NCBI RefSeq assembly: GCF_035084215.1
Contig: NC_090341.1
Location: 16,926,001 to 16,990,000, forward strand
Length of the DNA stretch: 64,000 nt
Direction of reading: 5' to 3'
DNA from: Heptranchias perlo
Lineage: Eukaryota
Part shown: piece by piece, positions 1 through 12,025 of the stretch
Layout: every line of letters starts with the position of its first letter
Position numbering within the stretch: the stretch's first letter is position 1
The notes under the pieces: model-generated
Databases searched by the model: none
Told to the model about the DNA's origin: nothing
What the model saw: only the letters and a program-made list of their open reading frames with translations
Program-made: the position numbers and the translations under genes

Positions 1-552
1 AATGAAAGATGACAAAGTGTGCTTCACTGCCGTACAAAATGCAAAAACACTTCAAATTTTGATCGGCCAAATTTGAATGTCTGGCTCAGCTCTCTTAAAT
101 AAAAATATCGAAGAGCTGCAAAAAACTCAGCATAATGTTTTGTAGAACAGTGTTAGTTTCAAAGACTTGTAACCTAAACTGTCTGTAAAGATTTGAAGTT
201 AGCACAGAGCTATAAATAAACCAACCAATGAGAAGCTACCTTTCTGCATATATTTATATAAATATTTTTTCTTATCTTTTCTTCAGTCTTGTCCAGATTT
301 CTGCTTAACATTATCCTTCAAAACTTTGTTTTTAAAATGATTTGCACGCATTGCAATAACATTTGAATTGATATTGAATATTTATAATGTGGGTGATAAC
401 TTCATGTAATGCTTATGGCAGGATGTGGCTGTGCAGTTTCAATTTTCTTGTGCCTTTGCTCCTACATGGCAACCAAAGTCAGAGGTCCATGGATGACAAA
501 AGAGATAGAGAATAAGATGAAACAGAAAAGGGGGGGGGCGTATGACAGATGG

Positions 553-3489
553 AAAGGCTCACTGGTGCTGTGGGGGAGGGTTTAAACTAATTTGGCAGGG
601 AGGTGGGCACCAGGATGTATCATTAGAAAGGAGAAATAAGGTGCACACAGGATTGGGAGAGACAGATAGCACTAGAGTAAGAAATAGTACAGTATTAGGT
701 GGGATCAGACTGAGCGAATACAAGAAGGCCTAAGATAGGTTTAGACTGCATGTGTGTAAACGCACGAAGCGTGGTAAATAAAGTTGGCGAGCTGCAGGTG
801 CAAATAGGAATATGATATAGGTGGCGATAATGGAGACCTGGCTCAAAAAAGGGAAGGATTGGGTACTAAATATTCCTGGATGCAAGATGTTCAGGAAAGA
901 TAGGGAAGGAAAGGAGTGTGGGGGTGGTGGTGGCAGTATTGATTAAGGAGAATATTGCAGTGCTGGAGAGAGAGGATGTCCTTGAAGGGTTAAGGACAGA
1001 ATCTACTTGATTAGAGTTAAGAAACAATCGAGGCGCCATTAACTGCTGGGTGTATTCTATAGGCCACCAGTTAGTGAGAAGGATATAGAGGAGCAAATTT
1101 GCAGGGAAATTACAGGGAGCCAGAGAGTAGTGGTCGGCGGTTTCAACTCTCCTAACTGGGATAGTAATAGTGTAAAGGGCAAAGTGGGGGAGGAATTTCT
1201 ATAGTGTGTTCAGGAAAACTTTCTTGATCAGTATGTTTCCAGTCCAACTGGAAAAGAGGCATTGCTGGATCTAGTTCTGGGGAATGAAGCGGAGCAGGTG
1301 TCAGTGGGGGAACATTTAGAGAACAATGATCATAGTATCGTAAGGTTTAGATTAGTTATGGAAAAGGACAAGGAGCAATCTAGAGTAAAAAATACTTAAT
1401 TGGAGGAGGGCCAATTTCAGTGGGTTGAGAACGGATCTGGCTTAGTAAATTGGAATCAAAGATTGGCAGGCAAAATGGTAATTGAGAAGATAGTTCTGGT
1501 ACAGTCTAGGTACATTCCCACAAGGGAGAAAGGTAGAGCTCCCTGGATGATGAAAGAGATAGAGAGTAAGATGCAGCAGAAAAAGGGGGCATATGACAGA
1601 TGTCAGGGTGATAATACAAGTGAGAACCAGGCTGAATATAGAAAGTACAGAGGAGAAATGAAAAGGGAAATAAGAGGGGCAAAGATTATGAGAATAGACT
1701 GGTGGCTAACATAAAAGGGAATCTAAAAGTCTTCCAGTATATAAATAGTAAACGGGTAATAAGAGGAGGGGTGGGGCCGATTAGGGACCAAAAAGGAGAT
1801 CTACGCATGGAGGCAGAAGGCATGGCTGAGGCACTAAACGAGTACTTTTCATCTGTCTTTACCAAGGAAGATGCTGCCAAAGTCACAGTAAAAGAGGAGT
1901 TTGGTTGAGATACTGGATGGGCTAAAAATTGATAAACAGGAGGTACTAGAAAGGCTGGCTGTACTTAAAGTAGATAAATCACCCGGTCCAGATGGGATGT
2001 ATCCTTGGTTGCTGAGGGAAGCACGGGTGGAAATTGCAGAGGTGCTGGCCATAATCTTCTAAACCTCCTTAGATATGGGGGTGGTGCCAGAGGACTGGAC
2101 AATTGCAAATGTTTCATCCTTGTTCAAAAAAGGGTGTAAGGATAAACACGGCAACTGCAGGCCAGTCAGTTTAACCTCAGTGGGAAACTTTTAGAAATGA
2201 TCCAGGACAAAATTAGTGGATTAATAAAGGAAAGCCAGCATCGATTTGTTAAAGGCAAATAGTGTTTAATTAACTTGATAGAGTTTTTTGACGAGGTAAC
2301 AGAGAGGGTTGATGTGTATGTGGACTTTGAAAAGATGTTTGATAAAGTGCCACATAATAGGCTTGACAGAATTGAAGCCCATGGAATAAAAAGGGCAGTG
2401 GCAGCATGGATACAAAATTGGCTAAGTGACAGGAAACTAAGAGTAGTGGTGAACAGTTGTTTTTCGGACTGAAGGAAGGTATACAGTGGTTGTCCCCAGG
2501 GGTCAGTAATAGGACCACTGCTTTTTTTTATATATATTAATGACTTGGACTTGGGTGTACAGGGCACAATTTCCAAATTTGCAGATGACACAAAACTTGG
2601 AGGTGTAGTAAACAGCGAGGAGGATGGTAATAGACTTCAAGAGGACATTGACAGGCTGGTGGAATGGGCGGACACATAGCAGATGAAATTTAACGCAGAG
2701 AAGTGCAAAATGATACATTTTGGCAGGAAGAATGAGGAGAGGCAATATAAACCAAATGGTACAATTCTAAAGGGGGTACAGGATTAGAGCAACCTGGGGG
2801 TATATGTGCACAAATCTTTGTAGGCGGCAGGACAGGTTGAGAAAGCAGTTAAAAAAGCATTGGATCCTGGGCTTTATAAATAGAGGCATCGAGTACAAAA
2901 GCAAGGAAGTTATGTTGAACCTTTATAAAACACTGGTTCGGCCACAACTGGAGAATTGTGTCCAATTCTGGGCACCACACTTTTAAGAAGGATGTGAAGG
3001 CCTTAGAGGGGATGCAGAAAAGATTTACTAGAATGGTTCAGGGATGAGGGACTTCAGTTACATGGATAGACTGGAGAAGCTGGGGTAGTTCTCCTTAGAA
3101 CAGAGAAGGTTGAGAGGAGATTTGATAGAAATGTTCAAAATCATGAAGGGTTTAGATAAAGTAAATAAAGAGAAATTGTTCCCATTGGCGGAAGGGTCAA
3201 GAACCAGAGGACGCAGATTTAAGGTGACTGGCAAAAGAACCAAAGGCAACATGAGGAAAAACTTTTTTACGCAGCGAGTAGTTATGATCTGGAATGGTCA
3301 ACCTGAAAGGGTGGTGGAAGCAGATGCAATCGTAGCTTTCAAAAAGCAATTGGATAAATAATTGAAGGGAAATATTTTCAGGGCTTCCGGGAAAGTACAG
3401 AGGAATGGGACTAATTGGATTGCTCTGAGAGTCGGCACGGGCTCGATGGGCCGAATAGCCGCCTCCTGTGCTGTAACCATTCTATGATT
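553..3489 (+). mobile_element. CR1 LINE, 5'-truncated and degenerate (ORF1 end, ORF2 APE-RT, 3' tail)
   Basis: ORF1 end AVGEGLN* at 567-590. Frameshifted ORF2 pieces: CVNARS, FDKVPH, FADDTK, LYKTLVRPQLE, RGDLIEMFK. CR1-type 3' tail CATTCTATGATT near 3480. Confidence 0.93.
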
Positions 3490-6296
3490 GTGTGTGTTTG
3501 GTCCATATATACAAATCAAACTACATATTCCAATGTTCTACACTGGATGGAATTAGTTTGCCAAAGCATTGTACAGTACTGTGAAGTTGAGGTGTTTTGT
3601 AAAGAGCAAAGAATTAGATAATGACTTTGAGATGATCCAATTTTGAAGCTTTCAGGCACTCCATCTTGAATTGGTGCTAGCAAGTAAATTACTGATATTT
3701 GGGAAGGCTGTTTGGAATTTAGTATTCCTTTCTGGGCTTTATTCACATTCTATTCGTTTTTAGTTCACAAATTGAATTGTTTCCATGATCAACAATTATA
3801 TGTCATTCTGTCAGTTTAAAAAAAACTAAGTATGGATGTGTGACTTAAAATATGGATTGTTTACCTGCAGTAAAGTTGTTTATTATGAGAAAGTTGATGA
3901 CATTTATCTTTTTTCAGAAATTACAAATGACACTTCTATGAAAATGTTGAACACAAAGACCATTTACGTTCACGTCTTGCTGACAACAGCTGAATCCTAA
4001 GATCTGTACAGATATTGTAGCTTTTCTGAATGCTGCATTGCAACCATGTTCTGGCGTTAACGGAATATCCATACCTGGATTTAATTTCAAAAATTTGAAA
4101 ATATTGTTTGATTAAACACTTGGCATATTACTGAACTTACTGGAGAGGTTGAAATGATAATTCATAAAATTACTGAACACATATTACACCCATTTTAGTT
4201 GATGTCTTACATATATTGGATTATTTTTCCTTTAAAACATAGGTCAGGTTAATCTAAGGTTGGATAGACAATACATTGCAGGGGGTGGGCTTGGGCTTGG
4301 AGGAGGCTCATTCTTTCACTCTTTTGAGTTCCTGATCTCCACCGTGCTATTGTGGTGAGGTGCTGGGCATAGGCCAGACACATCCGCATAGAGGGAGAGA
4401 AAGTCATTCCTGGGCTGCTGATGCATGCTTCTTCTAGCAGTATCAGAAGTGACACTGGTGGAGACCTGGAAAAGGCACCCTCTGCCCCAGGTGGTTTATG
4501 GCTCTTGCAGTTGGGGGACAAAGGACAAAATAGGGAGACTCAAACCCTCATCGAGAAGACAATATACAGTAGGGTAGATATAAATGTATACCGAGAGCAA
4601 GAAAGACCTAACTCTGAAGCAGCAAAGTTCTGACAATCTTACTCTTTTCTACTAATTCCCATTGTGTATTCTGTTCATGCCACAAAATTGAGGAGCACAA
4701 AATATTTTAATTCCCAAGGATTTACAACAACAGCTTGCATTTATATCGTGCCTGGAATGGAAAAATGTCCCAAAGATTTATTACCTATTTAGGTTTTTCC
4801 CCCGTAACAAAAAGTCACTTAATGATACTGTCTTCCTCCTCTTCCTGGCAGAAGTACCTATTTCCAACTGTTGAAAATGCAGGTTTTTTACGATGTCACC
4901 AGATAGTTTTGTGACATCTTATAAGAAAAATGTTATCCTACTGATAGTTCACTGAATTTCAATGGCCCACAAAATATCATGGACCTGTTCAAGAATGCTT
5001 ATTGGATACAACTTTTTGCTTGCAGATCAGTAGGTAGCTGTGTAAATGGAACATTAAAGAGGTTCTCTGCCCTGCACTACATATAGTTTTCAAAAAGCAA
5101 ACATTGCCAGTATGAAAATATAATTAACTTTAGACTGTAAATTGTGGTATGAGCAGCAAATGCATTGGACACTCACCCAATGTAATTGTCAAATAAGCAG
5201 TTTTGAGATCATAATGCACTTGCAATTTTGTCCCTTGTGCATTATTTGGTCAGAGTCTCTATTTAGATTCATATTGCATTAACCCCAATGTAAATCCTTT
5301 ATTCCATGAATTTTGAGACCACATCTGTAGTATTGACTTTTCACCCTGACAAGTTCAAAATGACATTGTAGGAATGAAAATGTTGCATGTAATTGTATTT
5401 CAATAATGTCCTAAGAGCCATTGGAAAAAATGTCTTGTCATCTTTAACCTTGAAACTATGCAATGCAATTCTTCACAGATGAACAAGAAAAGGGTTGGAT
5501 AACTGACAACTTCCAGCCACTAAAGTACTTTTTGGAAATCCTTGTTTGTTTTATTATACAGTTCCACATGTGCCTAGGAATTTTATTTTTGAGATCTGTA
5601 AGATCTTCCTGTTGCTTCTGTAATAATAAATGTGTTACTCTTAATAACCCATTGGGAATGCAAGTGAACTTGGGCTCACATTAGGTTCTGAAATTCAGGT
5701 TGTTTGTTTCTCAATGCATGGTGAACTAACTTTAAATAAAGGTAATGATGTGATGTGGTGATAACTGTAATGGCTTACTTTGTTTCTTTTTTTTAATACA
5801 ACCTCTTTGTCAATGCTTTTTAAAACCAGAAGCCATGTTGGTTTGTGGTACATCTGACATTGTTACTGTAAATAACATATAGCTCAAAAAATCATGACAC
5901 AACTTTTTTTTTTAAAAGTGTAACACAGGCTTTTTCTTTCAGATAATTCAGCTGAGTTCCATTTCCATCTCCACATTTGTCCAGGAGGTAGGACAAATTT
6001 TAGCACATTGATAGTGGAGTGATGCAGGCTTGAACTCCACAAACAATGGGCATCAGTGTTCACAAACATTCAGATTTTTTTTTTTGCATACCTTTTTTTG
6101 TGGGTGGCCACACGCCACATCTTGGTCAAAACAAACCCAGGAAGGCAACCTACTTCCACACTTTGGCTATTAATGCACCTGATCTAGTTTCAAGGAGTGA
6201 CACAAAAGCGGTCAAGGTTGATGGCTCTTTGGTTTTATCTCCGTGAGGCCTCTGCACATTGACTGCTGCCCACCCTGTCACAAGTTAGAATTCATT

Positions 6297-7882
6297 GGGG
6301 GAGAAATTGGTTTTGCGTCGGTTGTGCGGCACGTCGAGAACGCACACCTGAAGACCGGCCCGAGGCACATTCCAAATTGAGCCTCAGGCCTCATCTCCAT
6401 AATACCAACGAGCCTTGGATATGAATCAGGCGCCCCAATCCCTCTCACTGGTTGGGGCCTTTCCAAATTCGTCCAGCTTGGATGCCAAGCTGGTCTGCAG
6501 TTAAGTCTGGGTGGTGGGAATAGGGGCGATGTAGCTAACAAGTGATGGGCAAGCGTAGGCCGGCAGTATTGCTGTGGAGCCAGGAAAACAATCCTGCTCC
6601 TCCTTGCGCCACATTGAGGTAAGTGAAAAAGAAAAGCAGTCCCTTTAAGGACCACTAGTTAGGTCGTGGTAGACCTGGAAAAACTGCGGTGCAAGCTCCG
6701 CCCAGTTTTGTCCAATTTGGCATCGGAGTCCTGAAACAGACTAGGCTCTCATTAGCACATTCCAGGGGCCTAATGCCTGTTTTAGACGGGCAGCTTGGGC
6801 ACTCAGAAGTCGTCGGGTGCTGTACTTCCAGGGTTGATTGGACACGGGAGCTCACACCCTAAAAAAGCAGGCCAATCATCTCAGCCCCCCAGGGTCTTGC
6901 TGCAGGAGTTCCTCAGGGCAGTGTCCTCGGCCCAACCATCTTCAGCTGCTTCATCAATGACCTTCCCTCCATCATAAGGTCAGAAATGGGGATGTTCGCT
7001 GATGATTGCACAGTTTTCAGTTCCATTCGCAACCCCTCAGATAATGAAGCAGTCCAAGCCCGCATGCAGCAAGACCTGGACAACATCCAGGTTGGGCTCA
7101 TAAGTGGCAAGTAACATTCGCGCCAGATAAGTGCCAGGCAATGACCACCTCCCCTTGATATTCAACGGCATTACCGTCGCCGAATCCCCCACCATCAACA
7201 TCCTGGGGGTCACCATTGACCAGAAACTTAACTGGACCAGCCACATAAATACTGTGGCTACAATACCAGGTCAGAGGCTGGGTATTCTGCGGCGAGTGAC
7301 TCACCTCCTGACTCCCCAAAGCCTTTCCACCATCCACAAGGCACAAGTCAGGAGTGTGATGGAATACTGTCCACTTGCCTGGATGAGTGCAGCTCCATCA
7401 ACACTCAAGAAGCTCGACACCATCCAGGACAAAGCAGCCCGCTTGATTGGCACCCCATCCACCACCCTAAACATTCACTCCCTTCACCACCAGCGCACTG
7501 TGACTGCAATGTGTACCTTCCACAGGATGCACTGCAGCAACTCGCCAGGGCTTCTTCGACAGCACCTCCCAAACCCGCGACCTCGACCACCTAGAAGGAC
7601 AAGAACAGCAGGCACGTGGGAACAACACCACCTGCATGTTCCCCTCCAAGTCACACACCATCCCGACTTGGAAATATATCGCCGTTCCTTCATCGTCGCT
7701 GGGTCAAAATCCTGGAACTCCCTACCTGACTGCACTGGGAGAACCTTCACCACACGGACTGCAGCGGTTCAAGAAGGCGGCTCACCAGCACCTTCTCAAG
7801 GGCAATTAGGGATGGGCAATAAATGCTGGCCTCGCCAGCGACACCCACATCCCATGAACGAATAAAAAACAATTTCTCGCTT
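6297..7882. mobile_element. Probable non-autonomous Harbinger-type element/MITE interrupted by a LINE fragment
   Basis: Left end GGGGGAGAAATTG; degenerate inverted copy CAATTTCTCGCTT at 7870-7882. GC-richer non-coding body at 6297-6870. Termini resemble the Harbinger end at 22919. Confidence 0.45.
6871..7869 (+). mobile_element. 5'-truncated copy of the second LINE family (same family as 13275-16536)
   Basis: GVPQGSVLGP and MFADD RT motifs; near-identical to 13290-14310. Tail AAGGGCAATTAGGGATGGGCAATAAATG...GAACGAATAAAAAA. Confidence 0.93.
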
Positions 7883-7981
7883 ACCATTGAGGATCATCCT
7901 AGCTTGTGTTTGATTACTCGGTGTAATGTTGCATTGGAAGTCAAATGCAATGTTTTGTTTGCCTCTTTTTTTATATATATA

Positions 7982-8303
7982 TATTCGTTCATGGGCTGTG
8001 GCGTCCCTGGTGAGGCCGGCATTTATTGCCCTTGAGAAGGTGGTGGTGAGCCGCCTTCTTGAACCGCTGCAGTCCGTGTGGTGACAGTTCTCCCACAGTG
8101 CTGTTAGGAAGGGAGTTCCAGGATTTTGACCCAGCCACGATGAAGGAACGGCGATATATTTCCAAGTCGGGATGGTGCGTGACTTGGAGGGGAACATGCA
8201 GGTGGTGTTGTTCCCACGTGCCTGCTGCTCTTGTCCTTCTAGGTGGTAGAGGTCGCGGGTTTGGGAGGTGCTGTCGAAGAAGCCTTGGCAAGTTGCTGCA
8301 GTG
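7982..8303 (-). mobile_element. 3' fragment of the second LINE family
   Basis: ORF 7989-8291 PRLLRQHLPNPRPLPPRRT...FKKAAHHHLLKGN matches the C-terminus of the 814 aa ORF. Confidence 0.92.
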
Positions 8304-8640
8304 TGTTAGGAAATTTGCTGTTTTTCCCCAATATTAAATCTCAGGTTTCAGTTTTAAAATGTTTTCTGGGATCATATGTACAGCTGTAGTTGTTAAGTGC
8401 TGTTTGCCATTAATTTGCTGGTGTATGATTTGATTTGTTTAATGGTTTGTGAAGCAGCAATGGGAAATGTTCCAGTGCAACTGGAATCAGCATTGTAACT
8501 TTTGAGACGGCAGCTACATCATTAGCCATAAGACAAAAAATATGTAGTTCATGAACTAAAAGATTATAGACAAAATACTTATTACTACAGCAAGAAAGAA
8601 GCCATTGCATACTGATCAAAGGAACATAGGAAATGTGTAA

Positions 8641-8936
8641 CGAGGAGTCACAATCTTAAGATAAGGGGTCAGCCATTTAGTACCGAGATGAAAGATTTCT
8701 TCACTCAGAGGGTTGGGAATCTTTGGAATTCTCGACCTCAGAGGGCTGTGGATGCTCAGTCGTTGAGTAAATTCAAGACTGAGATCAATGGATATTTGGA
8801 CACTAAGGGAATCAAGGGATATGGGGATAGGACAGGAAAGTGGAGTTGAGGTTAGAAGATCAGCAATGATCTTGTTGAATGGCAGTGCAGGCTCGAGGGG
8901 CCATATGGCCTATTCCTATTTCTTATGTTCTTATAT
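8641..8936 (+). mobile_element. CR1 3' end fragment
   Basis: FFTQRVGNLWNS-type ORF2 end and tail TTCTTATGTTCTTAT, similar to 59220-59500. Confidence 0.8.
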
Positions 8937-9067
8937 TCTAACCTCAACTAACTCACAAGCCTGTTTGTTTTTTAAAAAATCCAGTTATCATAGAATCATA
9001 GAAGTTACAACATGGAAACAGGCCCTTCGGCCCAACATGTCCATGTCGCCCAGTTTATACCACTAAG

Positions 9068-12025
9068 CTAGTCCCAATTGCCTGCACTTGGCCCATATCC
9101 CTCTATATCCATCTTACCCATGTAACTGTCCAAATGCTTTTTAAAAGACAAAATTGTACCCGCCTCTACTACTGCCTCTGGCAGCTCGTTCCAGACACTC
9201 ACCACCCTTTGAGTGAAAAAATTGCCCCTCTGGACCCTTTTGTATCTCTCCCCTCTCACCTTAAATCTATGCCCCCTCGTTATAGACTCCCCTACCTTTG
9301 GGAAAAGATTTTGACTATCGACCTTATCTATGCCCCTCATTATTTTATAGACTTCGATAAGATCACCCCTTAACCTCCTACTCTCCAGGGAAAAAAGTCC
9401 CAGTCTGTCTAACCTCTCCCTGTAAGTCAAACCATCAAGTCCCGGTAGCATACCAGTAAATCTTTTCTGCACTCTTTCTAGTTTAATAATATCCTTTCTA
9501 TAATAGGGTGACCAGAACTGTACACAGTACTCCAAGTGTGGCCTCACGAATGCCCTGTACAACTTCAACAAGACATCCCAACTCCTGCATTCAATGTTCT
9601 GACCAATGAAACCAAGCATGCCGAATGCCTTCTTCACCACCCTATCCACCTGTGACTCCACTTTCAAGGAGCTATGAATCTGTACTCCTAGATCTCTTTG
9701 TTCTATAACTCTCCCCAACGCCCTACCATTAACGGAGTAGGTCCTGGCCCGATTCGATCTACCAAAATGCATCACCTCACATTTATCTAAATTAAACTCC
9801 ATCTGCCATTCATCGGCCCACTGGCCCAATTGATCAAGATCCCGTTGCAATCCCAGATAACCTTCTTCACTGTCCACAATGCCACCAATCTTTGTGTCAT
9901 CTGCAAACTTACTAACCATGCCTCCTAAATTCTCATCCAAATCATTAATATAAATAACAAATAACAGCGGACCCAGCACCGATCCCTGAGGCACACCGCT
10001 GGACACAGGCATCCAGTTTGAAAAACAACCCTCTACAACCACCCTCTGTCTTCTGTCGTCAAGCCAATTTTGTATCCAATTGGCTACCTCACCTTGGATC
10101 CCATGAGATTTAACCTTATGTAACAACCTACCATGCGGTACCTTGTCGAATGCTTTGCTGAAGTCCATGTAGACCACGTCTACTGCACAGCCCTCATCTA
10201 TCTTCTTGGTTACCCCTTCAAAAAACTCAATCAAATTCGTGAGACATGATTTTCCTCTCACAAAACCATGCTGACTGTTCCTAATTAGTCCCTGCCTCTC
10301 CAAATGCCTGTAGATCCTGTCCCTCAGAATACCCTCTAACAACTTACCCACTACACATGTCAGGCTCACTGGTCTGTAGTTCCCAGACTTTTCCCTGCCG
10401 CCCTTCTTAAACAAAGGCACAACATTTGCTACCCTCCAATCTTCAGGCACCTCACCTGTAGCGGTGGATGATTCAAATATCTCTGCTAGGGGACCCGCAA
10501 TTTCCTCCCTAACCTCCCATAACGTCCTGGGATACATTTCATCAGGTCCCGGAGATTTATCTACCTTGATGCACGTTAAGACTTCCAGCACCTCCCTCTC
10601 TGTAATATGTACACTCCTCAAGACATCACTATTTATTTCCCCAAGTTCCCTAACACCCATGCCTTTCTCAACCGTAAATACCGATGTGAAATATTCATTC
10701 AGGATCTCACCCATTTCTTGTGGTTCCGCACATAGATGACCTTGTTGATCCTTAAGAGGCCCTACTCTCTCCCTAGTTACCCTTTTGCCCTTTATGTATT
10801 TGTAGAAGCTCTTTGGATTCACCTTTGCCTGATCTGCCAAAGCAATCTCATATCCCCTTTTTGCCCTCCTGATTTCTCTCTTAACTCTACTCCGGCAATC
10901 TCTATACTCTTCAAGGGATCCACTTGATCCCAGCTGCCTATGCATGTCATATGCCTCCTTCTTCTTTTTGACCAGTGCCTCAATCTCCCGAGTCATCCAA
11001 GGTTCCCTACTTCTACCAGCCTTGCCCTTCACTTTATAAGGAATGTGCTTACCCTGAACCCTGGTTAACACACTTTTGAAAGCCTCCCACTTACCAGACG
11101 TCCCTTTGCCTGCCAACAGACTCTCCCAATCAACTTCTGAAAGTTCCTGTCTAATACCATCAAAATTGGCCTTTCCCCAATTTAGAATTTTAACTTTTGG
11201 GCCAGACCTATCCTTCTCCATAGCTATCTTAAAACTAATGGAATTATGATCACTTGTCCCAAAGTGATCCCTCACCAACACTTCTGTCACCTGCCCTTCC
11301 TTATTTCCCAAGAGGAGGTCAAGTTTTGCCCCCTCTCTCGTCGGGCCATCCACATACTGAATGAGAAATTCCTCCTGAATACACTCAACAAATTTCTCTC
11401 CATCCAAGCCCCTAATGCTATGGCTGTCCCAGTCAATGTTGGGAAAGTTAAAGTCCCCTACTATTACCACCCTATTTTTCTTGCAGCTGTCTGTAATCTC
11501 CTTACATATTTGCTCCTCAATTTCCCGTTGACTATTTGGGGGTCTGTAGTACAATCCTATCAAAGTGATCTCTCCCTTCTTATTTTTCAGTTCTACCCAT
11601 ATAGACTCAGTGGGCGAACCCTCGGATATATCCCCTCTCACTACTGCCGTGATGTTCTCCCTAATCAAGAACGCAACTCCCCCTCCTCTCTTACCTCCTG
11701 CTCTATCTTTCCTATAGCATCTGTACCCTGGAACATTGAGCTGCCAGTCCTGCCCCTCCCTTAGCCATGTTTCAGTAACAGCTATAACATCCCAGTCCCA
11801 TGTACCCATCCATGCCCTGAGTTCATCTGCCTTGCCCATCAGACTTCTTGCATTGAAATAAATGCAGTTTAATCTAGACTTCCCTTGGTCTTTGCCCTGC
11901 TTTCTCAGACCATCTGTCCGGTCATGTTCTGTACACTCTCCCTTACTGCCTTTTGTTTCTGTCACCATTTTATTTCCCACTGACTTCCTGCATCGGTTCC
12001 CATCCCCCTGCCACATTAGTTTAAA
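9068..12025 (-). CDS. CR1 ORF2: APE endonuclease plus reverse transcriptase (true start uncertain; frame is open back to 12172)
   Basis: YFNARSL, VTETWL, GDFNFP, SDHN (endonuclease); NYRPVSLT, DFSKAFDKVPH, GVPQGSVLGP, FADD (RT). No internal stops. Confidence 0.95.
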   Translation of the reverse strand, partial: FKLMWQGDGNRCRKSVGNKMVTETKGSKGECTEHDRTDGLRKQGKDQGKSRLNCIYFNARSLMGKADELRAWMGTWDWDVIAVTETWLREGQDWQLNVPGYRCYRKDRAGGKRGGGVAFLIRENITAVVRGDISEGSPTESIWVELKNKKGEITLIGLYYRPPNSQREIEEQICKEITDSCKKNRVVIVGDFNFPNIDWDSHSIRGLDGEKFVECIQEEFLIQYVDGPTREGAKLDLLLGNKEGQVTEVLVRDHFGTSDHNSISFKIAMEKDRSGPKVKILNWGKANFDGIRQELSEVDWESLLAGKGTSGKWEAFKSVLTRVQGKHIPYKVKGKAGRSREPWMTREIEALVKKKKEAYDMHRQLGSSGSLEEYRDCRSRVKREIRRAKRGYEIALADQAKVNPKSFYKYIKGKRVTRERVGPLKDQQGHLCAEPQEMGEILNEYFTSVFTVEKGMGVRELGEINSDVLRSVHITEREVLEVLTCIKVDKSPGPDEMYPRTLWEVREEIAGPLAEIFESSTATGEVPEDWRVANVVPLFKKGGREKSGNYRPVSLTCVVGKLLEGILRDRIYRHLERQGLIRNSQHGFVRGKSCLTNLIEFFEGVTKKIDEGCAVDVVYMDFSKAFDKVPHGRLLHKVKSHGIQGEVANWIQNWLDDRRQRVVVEGCFSNWMPVSSGVPQGSVLGPLLFVIYINDLDENLGGMVSKFADDTKIGGIVDSEEGYLGLQRDLDQLGQWADEWQMEFNLDKCEVMHFGRSNRARTYSVNGRALGRVIEQRDLGVQIHSSLKVESQVDRVVKKAFGMLGFIGQNIECRSWDVLLKLYRAFVRPHLEYCVQFWSPYYRKDIIKLERVQKRFTGMLPGLDGLTYRERLDRLGLFSLESRRLRGDLIEVYKIMRGIDKVDSQNLFPKVGESITRGHRFKVRGERYKRVQRGNFFTQRVVSVWNELPEAVVEAGTILSFKKHLDSYMGKMDIEGYGPSAGNWD

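Noticed and set aside
3918-4000. Possible plus-strand terminal exon (ITNDTSMKMLNTK...*)
   Set aside because: Acceptor-like site only; short peptide with no recognisable family or linked exons.
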